Assembly: GCA_963668465.1 (NCBI GenBank)
Contig: OY764542.1
Location: forward strand, 1,844,363 to 1,908,362
Length of the DNA stretch: 64,000 bases
From: Dehalococcoidia bacterium
GTDB taxonomy: Bacteria; Chloroflexota; Dehalococcoidia; Lucifugimonadales; Australimonadaceae
Direction: 5' to 3'
The first letter of the stretch is position 1. Every line of letters begins with the position of its first letter. This document shows, in pieces, positions 1 through 8,487 of the stretch. Under the pieces are notes generated by a model. It saw only the letters and a list, made by a program, of their open reading frames with translations, did not search any database and was not told where the DNA came from. The position numbers were made by a program, and so were the translations under genes.

Positions 1-1
1 G

Positions 2-544
2 GGAAAGAAGATCAGCGAACTGAGCCGCGGCCTCGGCCAGCTGGTGCAGTTCGCCGCAACCATCCTGCATGAGCCCGCCTTCATCGTCCTCGATGAACCG
101 TTCTCCGGCCTCGACCCCGTAAACGTTCGCGTGATGAAGAACGCCGTCTCCCGCCTGCGGAGCGAGGGCGCGGCCATCATGTTCTCCACCCACCAGATGA
201 CGGACGTAGAGGAGTTGTGCGACCGCGTCATCATGATCGACGGCGGCGCCGTCGTGCTCGACGGCCCGCTCACCGACATCAAGCGGCGGTTCACGGGGAA
301 TGACCTGTTCATCGCGACCGATCTGGACCCGGAAGGCGCGGACGGCGTACTCGCATCACGGCGGGACGGTGCGGGCTACGCACTCCGGCTCGCCGATGGC
401 AGCGCCCCGGAGGACGTGCTGCGCTCGCTCCTGGGACGCGGAGCCAAGATAGACCGCTTCGAATTGGCGACGCCCAGCCTGGAAGAGATCTTCCTGCGCG
501 TGGTCGGGCGTGAGCAGGCGGAGGCAGAGCGCGATGAGGAGTAA
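2..544 (+). CDS. ABC transporter ATP-binding protein, C-terminal part (5' end outside window)
   Basis: The frame is open from the window edge. The translation carries Walker B 'FIVLDEPFSGLDP' and H-loop 'FSTHQM'. The stop overlaps the start of a permease gene. Confidence 0.85.
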   Translation, partial: GKKISELSRGLGQLVQFAATILHEPAFIVLDEPFSGLDPVNVRVMKNAVSRLRSEGAAIMFSTHQMTDVEELCDRVIMIDGGAVVLDGPLTDIKRRFTGNDLFIATDLDPEGADGVLASRRDGAGYALRLADGSAPEDVLRSLLGRGAKIDRFELATPSLEEIFLRVVGREQAEAERDEE

Positions 545-1796
545 GACGTGGCTCGTCGCGCGGCACGAGTTCGCCGTCACCATCGGCCGTCTCGGCTTCC
601 GCATCTTCGCCGCCGCCGTGCCGGTGCTCGCGCTGCTGGCACTCATCGGCATCGGTGTCTTCGACGCGGTGCGGGGAGGGGACGAACCGTCCGGCAGCGC
701 GGGGAAGCCGTCCGCCGTGGTGACGCGTGTGGGTTACGTCGACTTCAGCGCCGACGAGGACGGCCAGCCCCTGTTCGCGTCTTTCCGCGAACAGGACGGC
801 GTCGTGTTCGTTCCCTACGCGGACGAGAACGCCGGAAGCACGGCATTGCAGTCGGGAGAGGTCGACGCTCTCTACGTGTTCCCTCGCGATTTCCTGGAGT
901 CCGGTTCGGTCGTGCGGGTACGCATGGAGGACAGCGGCGGAGGCGCGAGCGCCGACGCGTTGCGCCGGTTCGTGCTGAGCAACCTCGTCGGCGAAGATGT
1001 GCGCGAGCAGCAGTTGGAGCGCGTCATCAGGCCATATACCGTCGCCACGGTCGAGCTGTCCGACTCCGGCGCTCCCGTGGTGGATGACGAGTTCGACAGC
1101 GGGGAGTTCCTGTTCTCCTTCGGCGCGGGGATGCTGCTGGTGGTCTCGGTGCTGACCGCCGCCGGATACCTGCTACAGGGGCTGAGCGAGGAGAAGGAGA
1201 ACCGCATCATGGAGGTGCTGCTCTCCTCGCTCAAACCGGAGCAGTTGATGTTCGGCAAGCTGGTCGGACTCGGCGGGGCGGGGCTGCTGCAGATGGCCGT
1301 CTGGACGGCGGCGCTCGTCGCCTTCCTGCTGGCGCTGGACCGTATCGTGGACGTGCCCGTGGAGTTGAGCGCGCCGTCCGTTGAGACGCTCGGCGTGGCG
1401 CTGGCGTACTTCCTGCTGGGCTATGCGTTCCTCGGCACGGTCCAGGCAGCGCTTGGCGTCGTCACGACGAACCTGAAGGAAGCCAACAACATCGCGGTGT
1501 TCGTCGTCCTGCCCGCCGTCTCGCCTATGTGGTTCCTCACGGTGCTGATTGAGCACCCGGACGGCGTGCTCGCCCGGGTGCTGGGCTTCGTGCCGTTCAC
1601 TGCTCCGCTCACCGGACTGATCCGGTTCGGCGTGGGCGGGACGAGCCTGGGAGAGGTCGCGCTGAGTCTCGGCGTACTTGCGGCGTTCGCGGTGCTGTCC
1701 GTGTTGCTCACGGCGCGCCTCTTCCGCGCCTACCTGCTCATGTACGGACAGCGCCCGGGCGTGTGGCACGTCCTCCGAACGCTGTGGAGCGGCTGA
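510..1796 (+). CDS. ABC-2 type transporter permease (NatB-like)
   Basis: A 428-aa ORF overlapping the ATPase stop. It has a long extracytoplasmic N-terminal part followed by several hydrophobic helices (for example LLVVSVLTAAGYLL and AVWTAALVAFLLAL). The start could instead be ATG 534. Confidence 0.7.
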   Translation: MSRRRQSAMRSKTWLVARHEFAVTIGRLGFRIFAAAVPVLALLALIGIGVFDAVRGGDEPSGSAGKPSAVVTRVGYVDFSADEDGQPLFASFREQDGVVFVPYADENAGSTALQSGEVDALYVFPRDFLESGSVVRVRMEDSGGGASADALRRFVLSNLVGEDVREQQLERVIRPYTVATVELSDSGAPVVDDEFDSGEFLFSFGAGMLLVVSVLTAAGYLLQGLSEEKENRIMEVLLSSLKPEQLMFGKLVGLGGAGLLQMAVWTAALVAFLLALDRIVDVPVELSAPSVETLGVALAYFLLGYAFLGTVQAALGVVTTNLKEANNIAVFVVLPAVSPMWFLTVLIEHPDGVLARVLGFVPFTAPLTGLIRFGVGGTSLGEVALSLGVLAAFAVLSVLLTARLFRAYLLMYGQRPGVWHVLRTLWSG

Positions 1797-1799
1797 GCC

Positions 1800-2258
1800 C
1801 TAACGGGCGGCAGCTTCCTCGAACGTGAATCGGTTGTTGCCCGACCCGACACGCTCCGAGAGGAAGCGCTTACCGTCCAGCGGCTCCATCAGGTCCACGT
1901 AGATCTCCAGCCGGTTCCCGTCCGGGTCGTTGAAGTAGACGCTCTTCGTCATGCCGTGGTCGGTCAGGCTCGCGATCTCAACGTTGTTGTCCAGCAGCCG
2001 CTGGTGCAGCTCCTGCAACTCGTGCATGCCGCCGTTCACGATCAGCGCGACGTGTCCCAGGCCCACGTTCCCGCGCGTGTGTTCGCCGTTCACGCTGAAC
2101 AGCCCGATGTCGTGGTGCTGGGTGCCGAACGACATGAACGCCGCCCCTTCCGTACGCCGGACCGTCTCCATGCCGAGCGCGTCGCGGTAGAACGCTTCCG
2201 CCGCATCGACATCAGTAACACGCAGGACCACATGGCCGACTCTTCCTATCCTTGCCAT
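1800..2258 (-). CDS. VOC/glyoxalase-family (extradiol dioxygenase-like) protein
   Basis: A 152-aa ORF. 'GHVVLRVTDVDAAEAFYRDALGM' and 'SVYFNDPDGNRLEIY' are typical paired beta-alpha-beta-beta-beta VOC modules. Confidence 0.8.
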   Translation of the reverse strand: MARIGRVGHVVLRVTDVDAAEAFYRDALGMETVRRTEGAAFMSFGTQHHDIGLFSVNGEHTRGNVGLGHVALIVNGGMHELQELHQRLLDNNVEIASLTDHGMTKSVYFNDPDGNRLEIYVDLMEPLDGKRFLSERVGSGNNRFTFEEAAAR

Positions 2259-2385
2259 ATCACCCTCCTCGCGACCTTCACGTTGCCCCTAGTGTAAACC
2301 CCTCTGTCCAGTGGCGTGCCCCTTGACCGCAGTGCAAGGCGCGCATACCTTGGCCGCGATCGGTCAGGAGGAAGGAGAAGGCGCA

Positions 2386-3387
2386 ATGACCACCGCTGAG
2401 AAGATGAAACTGGAGATATCAGTCGGCTACGCCTCGATGACGTACGAGATAGTGCGCCCCTTAATGGAAGGGCGCGTGCAGATCGAGGGCGTCGAACTGG
2501 TGCCGGTGGAGGAGTTGGGCCCCACGCCCACGGGCGACTCCCGGATGAAGACCGGTGACTTCGGCCTGTGCGATCTCAACATGGGCTACTGGCTCGCCGC
2601 CATAGACCAGGGGTGGGACATCACCGGCCTGCCCATCTTCGTGAAGCGCAAGAGCGCACACTGGTACATGGTCGTCCGGAACGACCGCGGCATCGGCGGA
2701 CCGAAGGACCTGGAAGGCAAGCGCATCGCCACACGCTCCTTCCGTTCCGCCATCGTCACGTGGTGCCGGGGGCTGCTCAAGAACCGCCACGGCGTCGACA
2801 CCTCCACCTTCAAGTGGCTCGTCACCGACGCCGAGGACTACTTCCCCATCTACGACAAGTCCGCGGTCGTGGAGACGGTGCAGGACGGCAAGGTGAGCGT
2901 GAAGGACCACCTCCAGCGTCTGCTCGACGGCGAGGTGGACGCCTTTCTCGGCGACATCTCGGACCCCGAGCTGTTCGGCTGGGTCGCCAGCGACTCCCGC
3001 ATCCGCCGCCTATTCCCCGACTACATGGACGAGGACCTCCGCCTCTGGAGGGACGAGAGCATCTTCACGCCCGTGCACATGATGGTGCTGAGCGGCAAGC
3101 TCGACCGGGAAGACCCCACGCTCGCTCCGCGCATCTACGACGCCTTCGAGCGCTCCAAGGCCACGGCGTACTTCGACCTGCTGCGCGACCGGGGCAGCTT
3201 TTCCGTCATCTACCTGCGCGAGTACGTGGAGGAGCAGTTCAAGAAGTGGGGCGACCCGTTCGTCTACGGCATCGAGGCCAACCGGCGGATGCTGGACTGG
3301 TATATCGACATCAGCCACCAGCAGGGCATCATGGCCAAGCGGTACGGCATCGACGAGGTCTTCTCGAAGACCATCCTGGACACCTAG
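2386..3387 (+). CDS. NMT1/PhnD-fold protein, 4,5-dihydroxyphthalate-decarboxylase-like
   Basis: RBS AGGAGGAAGGAG precedes ATG 2386. The N-terminus 'MKLEISVGYASMTYEIVRPLMEGRVQIEGVEL' resembles this family. The assignment is from memory only. Confidence 0.5.
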   Translation: MTTAEKMKLEISVGYASMTYEIVRPLMEGRVQIEGVELVPVEELGPTPTGDSRMKTGDFGLCDLNMGYWLAAIDQGWDITGLPIFVKRKSAHWYMVVRNDRGIGGPKDLEGKRIATRSFRSAIVTWCRGLLKNRHGVDTSTFKWLVTDAEDYFPIYDKSAVVETVQDGKVSVKDHLQRLLDGEVDAFLGDISDPELFGWVASDSRIRRLFPDYMDEDLRLWRDESIFTPVHMMVLSGKLDREDPTLAPRIYDAFERSKATAYFDLLRDRGSFSVIYLREYVEEQFKKWGDPFVYGIEANRRMLDWYIDISHQQGIMAKRYGIDEVFSKTILDT

Positions 3388-3521
3388 GCCGCCCTTGCTC
3401 CCATCCGTTCGTTGTCCGGCACGGCTCGCACGCTCTACCATGCCCCTGTTAACCGGTGAGTGTGCGAGCCGTTCGCCGTAGGAGAGACTCTTCCCTCATG
3501 CGTGGTACGGAATGAGGCCCA

Positions 3522-5318
3522 ATGAAACCGTTCTTCGATAGTGCCTCGCCCGGCAACCCGCAGCAACGCCTGAACCCACGCATCAGACCCAACCAGAAAT
3601 GGCTTCCGATGCGCTTGTTCCGGCTCGGCAGCGTCCCATTCCTGGCATTGGTGGCCGCGGCCGCGCTTGTTCTGCTCACGCCTTCGCCCGCTCCAGCGGA
3701 GATCACCGAGGGAAGGCTCAGCGTCGGCTCAGGCGGCAGCACGCTCATCATTGCCGTATTCGCCGATACGAGCGACGCGCAGAACGGCGTGCCCTCGGGC
3801 GTGGCATCGAGCGGCTCGATCACCGCGGGCGACGCTGCCTACATCAGCAACGGAGCGAACCCACGCAACACGTTCGCCAACAGGAGCCTCCACGTCTCCA
3901 ACCAGACCGCTGCCTATGACGCCGTGCTCATCACCGCCACGGTCACAGGCGTTGATGACGGCGCGTGCGCGGAGGCGACGGTCACCAACGAACGTTCCGG
4001 CGAGTCCGTGGCAGTCCTGCTCGCGCCCACGAGCGAGGCTCTGATCGACGGCGCGCGCACTTACCAGGGCGTGATGACCGTCGCCGGCTGGGACGCCGGG
4101 AACGCCAACGGTCCCAACTGCGGAAACTACACAGCAGGCACAAACGCCCTCGCCGCGCTGCGCGCCCGCGACGGCGATAACCTCTCGGTGGCTGTCGAAG
4201 GCGTGTCCTCGGCCATCAAACTGTCCGTGGATGGCGAAGGGCCGGTGTTCCGTGTCTTCAGCCCCCAGCCGGGCAGCAACCTGCCGTCGGCGGTCGTCAA
4301 TTTCTCATTCGACGTCCGCGACGATGGCGCCGGGCTCCGCCACGACGGGGAGTTCGCGGCCTCCGGCAACGGCGACTCGCAGCCGGTGAATGTGGACGGA
4401 GACCAATTCACCTCGAATGAACCCCGTTCCACGGCGGATGGGGGCGCAGCCGACATCCATGCCTCCTTCAGCCGCGCGGGCGGAGATGCCACTGACGTGA
4501 CGTCCTACGGAACGAGCCTCTGGAAAGTGATCGAGACCGGCACGGCCTACGATCTCTCCGTCGACGTGAATGTCGGAGGCAGTGGGTCGTTCGACCTCAA
4601 GTTCGAGGCCACTGACCGCGCCGGCAACACGACGACCGAGAACGCTGCGGACGTTGCGGTTGTCCTACCTACGGCAACCCCCACGCCGCCACCCGGCAGC
4701 ACACCCACTCCCTCCCGGTCCGGCGAAGGGCCCACTGCCACTCCTACTCCAATGCCGGGCACCGTTACGCCTACCCCTACTCCAGGGCAGGCGTTTCCCA
4801 CCCCTACCCCCACTCCGATGCCGGGAACGGGCGGCTCCACCCCGGAACCATCACACGACAACGTGCCTACCGCGACTCCCACTCCGATGCCGGGGTCTGG
4901 CGGCCCTACCCCACAACCATCAACCGACGATGGGCCCACTGCCACTCCTACTCCGATGCCAGGGTCTGGCGGCCCCACCCCACAACCATCAACCGACAAC
5001 GTGCCTACCGCGACTCCCACGCCAAGGCCAGGGGAAGGGGCATCGGGCGAACAGTCTCCTACCGCGCACCTGCCTACCGCCACACCGACGCCCAGGCCCG
5101 GGGGTGAGACACCCAGCGCCCAACCTCCTGGTTCGAACGTACCCACTCCTACGCCCACTCCCAGGCCGGGGGATACATCTCCCCAGTCTCCGGGAGGGAA
5201 CGTACCAACTCCCACTCCCACGCCAAGTACGCCGCCCGACCCTCAGGCCTGGTTGGAAGCCTGGATACGGGCATGGCAAGCATGGCTGGCGCTGCTACTG
5301 GCAGGATTCTTCCAGTAG
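3522..5318 (+). CDS. Secreted/cell-surface protein, paralogue A (signal peptide, Ig-like region, Pro/Thr-rich repeat linker, Trp-rich C-terminal helix)
   Basis: Signal-like 'FLALVAAAALVLLTPSPAPA'. There is a long PT-rich linker with 23-aa (69-nt) tandem units 'PTATPTPMPGSGGPTPQPSTD'. The C-terminus is 'AWLEAWIRAWQAWLALLLAGFFQ'. The start may be ATG 3609. Confidence 0.7.
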   Translation: MKPFFDSASPGNPQQRLNPRIRPNQKWLPMRLFRLGSVPFLALVAAAALVLLTPSPAPAEITEGRLSVGSGGSTLIIAVFADTSDAQNGVPSGVASSGSITAGDAAYISNGANPRNTFANRSLHVSNQTAAYDAVLITATVTGVDDGACAEATVTNERSGESVAVLLAPTSEALIDGARTYQGVMTVAGWDAGNANGPNCGNYTAGTNALAALRARDGDNLSVAVEGVSSAIKLSVDGEGPVFRVFSPQPGSNLPSAVVNFSFDVRDDGAGLRHDGEFAASGNGDSQPVNVDGDQFTSNEPRSTADGGAADIHASFSRAGGDATDVTSYGTSLWKVIETGTAYDLSVDVNVGGSGSFDLKFEATDRAGNTTTENAADVAVVLPTATPTPPPGSTPTPSRSGEGPTATPTPMPGTVTPTPTPGQAFPTPTPTPMPGTGGSTPEPSHDNVPTATPTPMPGSGGPTPQPSTDDGPTATPTPMPGSGGPTPQPSTDNVPTATPTPRPGEGASGEQSPTAHLPTATPTPRPGGETPSAQPPGSNVPTPTPTPRPGDTSPQSPGGNVPTPTPTPSTPPDPQAWLEAWIRAWQAWLALLLAGFFQ

Positions 5319-5386
5319 CGCCGCGCACACAAGGCGCCCCCCCGATGGGTCACGCTCGCCCAGGCAAACGAGCTTGGAGGACGCTC

Positions 5387-5564
5387 TGGTAAAATGATGA
5401 TGTCTATGTTCCGGAATCTCCTATCGCATTTGGCCAAGAAGCCCGCCGCGCCTCCGGCGAGCGAACTGTCCGCGCTCTCAGCCCATTCAATCAACGGAGG
5501 TAGATGCGGGGACCGCACTTCTGCGTGGCCCAAAATGGCTCATAATGGCTCACTTTTTCGATAG
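5387..5564 (+). pseudogene. Relic copy of the DEAD-box helicase promoter (TGGTAAAAT) and first ~25 codons
   Basis: 5381-5480 aligns by eye with 6985-7085. 'MFRNLLSHLAKKPAAPPASE' matches the helicase 'MFRSLVSRFLKKPAAPPASE'. The frame then decays and stops at 5564. Confidence 0.6.
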
Positions 5565-6921
5565 TCCCTCTCCTGGCAACACCCAGCCTCGCGTGCGCCC
5601 ACGCGCCAACCTAGTCCCCAGGCGGCCTTCGGCACGCCTGTTCCGGCTCGGTAGCGTGCCATTCCTTGCCTTGCTGGCCGCTGCCGCGCTCGTCCTGCTC
5701 ACGCCGTCGCCCGCTCCGGCGAACTTCACCGAGGGCAGACTCAGCATCGGCTCCGGCAGCAGCGCGTTGGTCGTCGCCGTCTTCGCCGACATCGCGAACG
5801 CGCAGGACGGCGTCCCGTCGGGCGTGGCGTCGAGCGGTTCGATAACCGCAGGCGACGCGGCCTACATAGGCAACGGCGCAGACCCGCACAACACGTTCTC
5901 TGACAGCAGCCTCTACGTCTCCAACCAAGCCGACGCCTACAACGCCGTACTCATCACCGCCACCGTCGCAGGCGTTGAAGACGGCGCGTGTGCTGAGGCG
6001 ACCGTCTTCAACAGGGGCTCCCGCGAGTCCGTAACCGTCCTGCTCGCGCCCACGAGCGAGGCCCCGGTCGACGGCTCGCGCACCTACCAGGGCATCGTCG
6101 AGCTGGCCGAGAGGGACACGGAGAACGCCGACGGCCCTGCTTGTGGCGATTACGCCACTGGCACGGACGCTCTCGCCGTGCTGCGGTCAGTGGACCGCGA
6201 CAGGCTCGCCATCAACGTGCGGGGCGTATCCTCGTCCATCGAACTGGTCGTGGACGGCGAGGGGCCCGAGGTCAGCGTCTTCCACCCCCAACCGGACAGC
6301 TATCTCCGCTCAGTTGTCGTGACCTTCTCGTTCGATGTGCGCGACGACGGGGCCGGACTCCGCCACGACGGGGAGTTCGAGGCATCCGGAGACGGCGACC
6401 CGCGTCCGGTGAATGTGGATGGCGATCAACTCACCTCGGGCGAACCGCGCTCCACGCCGGGCGGAGGCGCAGCCGACATCCATGCCTACCTCAGCCGCGA
6501 GGGCGGCAGCGCCTCCGACATCACACCGTACGGAACGAGCCGCTGGGAGGTCATCGAGACAGGCTCGGCCTACTCGCTGTCCGTCGACGTGAACGTCGGA
6601 GGCAGCGGTACGTTCAACCTCGAGTTCGAAGCCACCGACCGCGCTGGCAACACGACAGTCGTGGACGCCGCGGACGCTGCGGTCCCCCCTCCGGGCTCCA
6701 CACCTACTCCGACACCGGATAGCAGTACGCCAACCCCCACCCCCATACCACTCCCCACGCCGGAACCAACGGCAACGCCGACGCCTACACCCACGCCGAC
6801 CGCGACTCCGACACCTACAGCCACACCGGGCCCGGATCCCGGCTTCCTCGCCTGGCTGGAGTCCTGGATACAAGCATGGCACACATGGCTGGCGCGGCTG
6901 CAGGCGGGGTTCTTCGGGTAG
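5545..6921 (+). CDS. Secreted/cell-surface protein, paralogue B
   Basis: Collinear with paralogue A over about 370 aa. It has a shorter PT linker and the C-terminus 'FLAWLESWIQAWHTWLARLQAGFFG'. Confidence 0.7.
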   Translation: MAHFFDSPSPGNTQPRVRPRANLVPRRPSARLFRLGSVPFLALLAAAALVLLTPSPAPANFTEGRLSIGSGSSALVVAVFADIANAQDGVPSGVASSGSITAGDAAYIGNGADPHNTFSDSSLYVSNQADAYNAVLITATVAGVEDGACAEATVFNRGSRESVTVLLAPTSEAPVDGSRTYQGIVELAERDTENADGPACGDYATGTDALAVLRSVDRDRLAINVRGVSSSIELVVDGEGPEVSVFHPQPDSYLRSVVVTFSFDVRDDGAGLRHDGEFEASGDGDPRPVNVDGDQLTSGEPRSTPGGGAADIHAYLSREGGSASDITPYGTSRWEVIETGSAYSLSVDVNVGGSGTFNLEFEATDRAGNTTVVDAADAAVPPPGSTPTPTPDSSTPTPTPIPLPTPEPTATPTPTPTPTATPTPTATPGPDPGFLAWLESWIQAWHTWLARLQAGFFG

Positions 6922-6992
6922 CGCCGCCAACGAACGACGGCCCTTATGAACGAACCGCGCACGCGTAGGCGGGCTGGTTCGAGACAACGCTC

Positions 6993-7001
6993 TGATAGAA
7001 T
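6993..7001 (+). promoter_or_regulatory. Extended -10 promoter element TGATAGAAT of the helicase gene
   Basis: A TGnTAnAAT motif, conserved as TGGTAAAAT at 5387-5395 in the duplicated copy. No clear -35 element. Confidence 0.4.
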
Positions 7002-7011
7002 GGATGTGAAT

Positions 7012-8478
7012 ATGTTCCGAAGTCTCGTATCACGCTTCCTCAAGAAGCCTGCGGCGCCTCCGGCGAGTGAACCATCCCCGCAGTCAGCGGGCACGCTCTC
7101 CGCGGACGCTGGCGGGGCTCGCAGGTCTCGAAGGCGCAGGCCGCCGAAGGCGGCGGACACGCCCGAGCAGCGCCCAGCCGCATGGCAGCCTCAGCGCGCC
7201 GCTGCGCTCGCCGAGCCCCCATCCGATGCCACATCAGACAAGCCCCGCCGCCGCCGTGGCGGCAGAGGACGACGCACTGAAGAAGGCGCAGCCACGCCGG
7301 AACGCAGGCGCGAGCCCGCTCCTGCACCGCAGGAGCCATCTCCGCGCGAACTGCCGTTCGGCCCTGTGCTCGTCTCCGCGCCGATCAAGCGCGCGCTGGA
7401 CGAGATGCGCTACGAGTCGCCCACGCCCATCCAGGAGCTCGTCATCGAGCCGCTGTTGAACGGTGAGGACGTCGTGGGGCAGGCGCAGACCGGCACCGGC
7501 AAGACCGCCGGGTTCGGCATCCCCATCGCTGAGCTGGTGGACGCGCGCGAGCCGTTCGTGCAGGCAATCGTTCTCGTGCCGACGCGCGAACTGGCGCGGC
7601 AGGTCACCGACGAAGTCACAGAGATCTGCCGGTACCGCGGCACGATGGTCGTGCCCGTCTACGGCGGAGCGCGCCTCGGGCCGCAGATAACGGCCCTGCA
7701 GGACGGCGCGCAGGTCGTTGTCGGGACGCCCGGGCGCGTGATCGACCTGCTGGACCGCGGGGTGCTCCGCCTGGACCGCGCGCGGATGGTGGTGCTGGAC
7801 GAGGCCGACCAGATGCTGGACATCGGCTTCCTGCCGGACGTTCGCCGTATCCTGCGCTCCACGCCGCGCTCGCGGCAGACGGCGCTCTTCACCGCAACCA
7901 TCCCCACCATGATCAAGCGGCTCATCTACTCCTATCTCAAGGAACCGCAGACGTTCCGTGTCGGCCAGGAGTCGGAGCCCGTGGAGCAGGTGACCCAGCG
8001 CTACTGCGAGGTCGCCAGCCGCGACAAGCTCACCGCGCTCCTGAACGTGCTCGACGAGGACGAGCAGACGCTCGTGTTTCGCCGTACGCAGGGCGACGTC
8101 GACTGGCTCGTGAGGACGCTGGAGCGGCGCAAGGTGAAGGCTGCCGCCATCCACGGCGGGCTGCCGCAGGGCGAGCGCAACGCTGTCATGCAGCAGTTCC
8201 GCAGCGGCGCGCTAAGACTGCTCGTCTCCACCAACCTCACCTCCCGCGGCATCGACGTGCCCAGCGTCGAGAACGTCATCAACTACGACATCCCAGAGAC
8301 CGTCGAGGAGTACGTGCACCGCATCGGGCGCACGGCACGGATGGGACGCGAGGGCACTGCTCTTACGTTCGTAAGCGAATGGGACCTGGACTTCTTCGAC
8401 GCCATCAAGGCCCACGTGGGCGACGACCTCCAACCGCTCGAACTGGGGCTGTACAAGCACCAGGAAGCGAGCGCGTAG
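7012..8478 (+). CDS. DEAD-box ATP-dependent RNA helicase with Arg-rich N-terminal extension
   Basis: Q motif 'YESPTPIQ', motif I 'AQTGTGKT', 'VLDEADQM' and motif VI 'HRIGRTAR'. The start is uncertain (6946, 7000 or 7012). 7012 was chosen because the putative -10 box covers 7000. Confidence 0.85.
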   Translation: MFRSLVSRFLKKPAAPPASEPSPQSAGTLSADAGGARRSRRRRPPKAADTPEQRPAAWQPQRAAALAEPPSDATSDKPRRRRGGRGRRTEEGAATPERRREPAPAPQEPSPRELPFGPVLVSAPIKRALDEMRYESPTPIQELVIEPLLNGEDVVGQAQTGTGKTAGFGIPIAELVDAREPFVQAIVLVPTRELARQVTDEVTEICRYRGTMVVPVYGGARLGPQITALQDGAQVVVGTPGRVIDLLDRGVLRLDRARMVVLDEADQMLDIGFLPDVRRILRSTPRSRQTALFTATIPTMIKRLIYSYLKEPQTFRVGQESEPVEQVTQRYCEVASRDKLTALLNVLDEDEQTLVFRRTQGDVDWLVRTLERRKVKAAAIHGGLPQGERNAVMQQFRSGALRLLVSTNLTSRGIDVPSVENVINYDIPETVEEYVHRIGRTARMGREGTALTFVSEWDLDFFDAIKAHVGDDLQPLELGLYKHQEASA

Positions 8479-8487
8479 GCGGGTCTG

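Noticed and set aside
4680-5230. Pro/Thr-rich DNA repeats as an independent repetitive or mobile element
   Set aside because: They are in frame within the surface-protein gene and encode the linker. Similar PT linkers follow the lipobox in the SBP (22740-22860), AttH-like (49320-49400) and HtrA (61410-61500) genes. They are a compositional protein feature rather than a DNA element.
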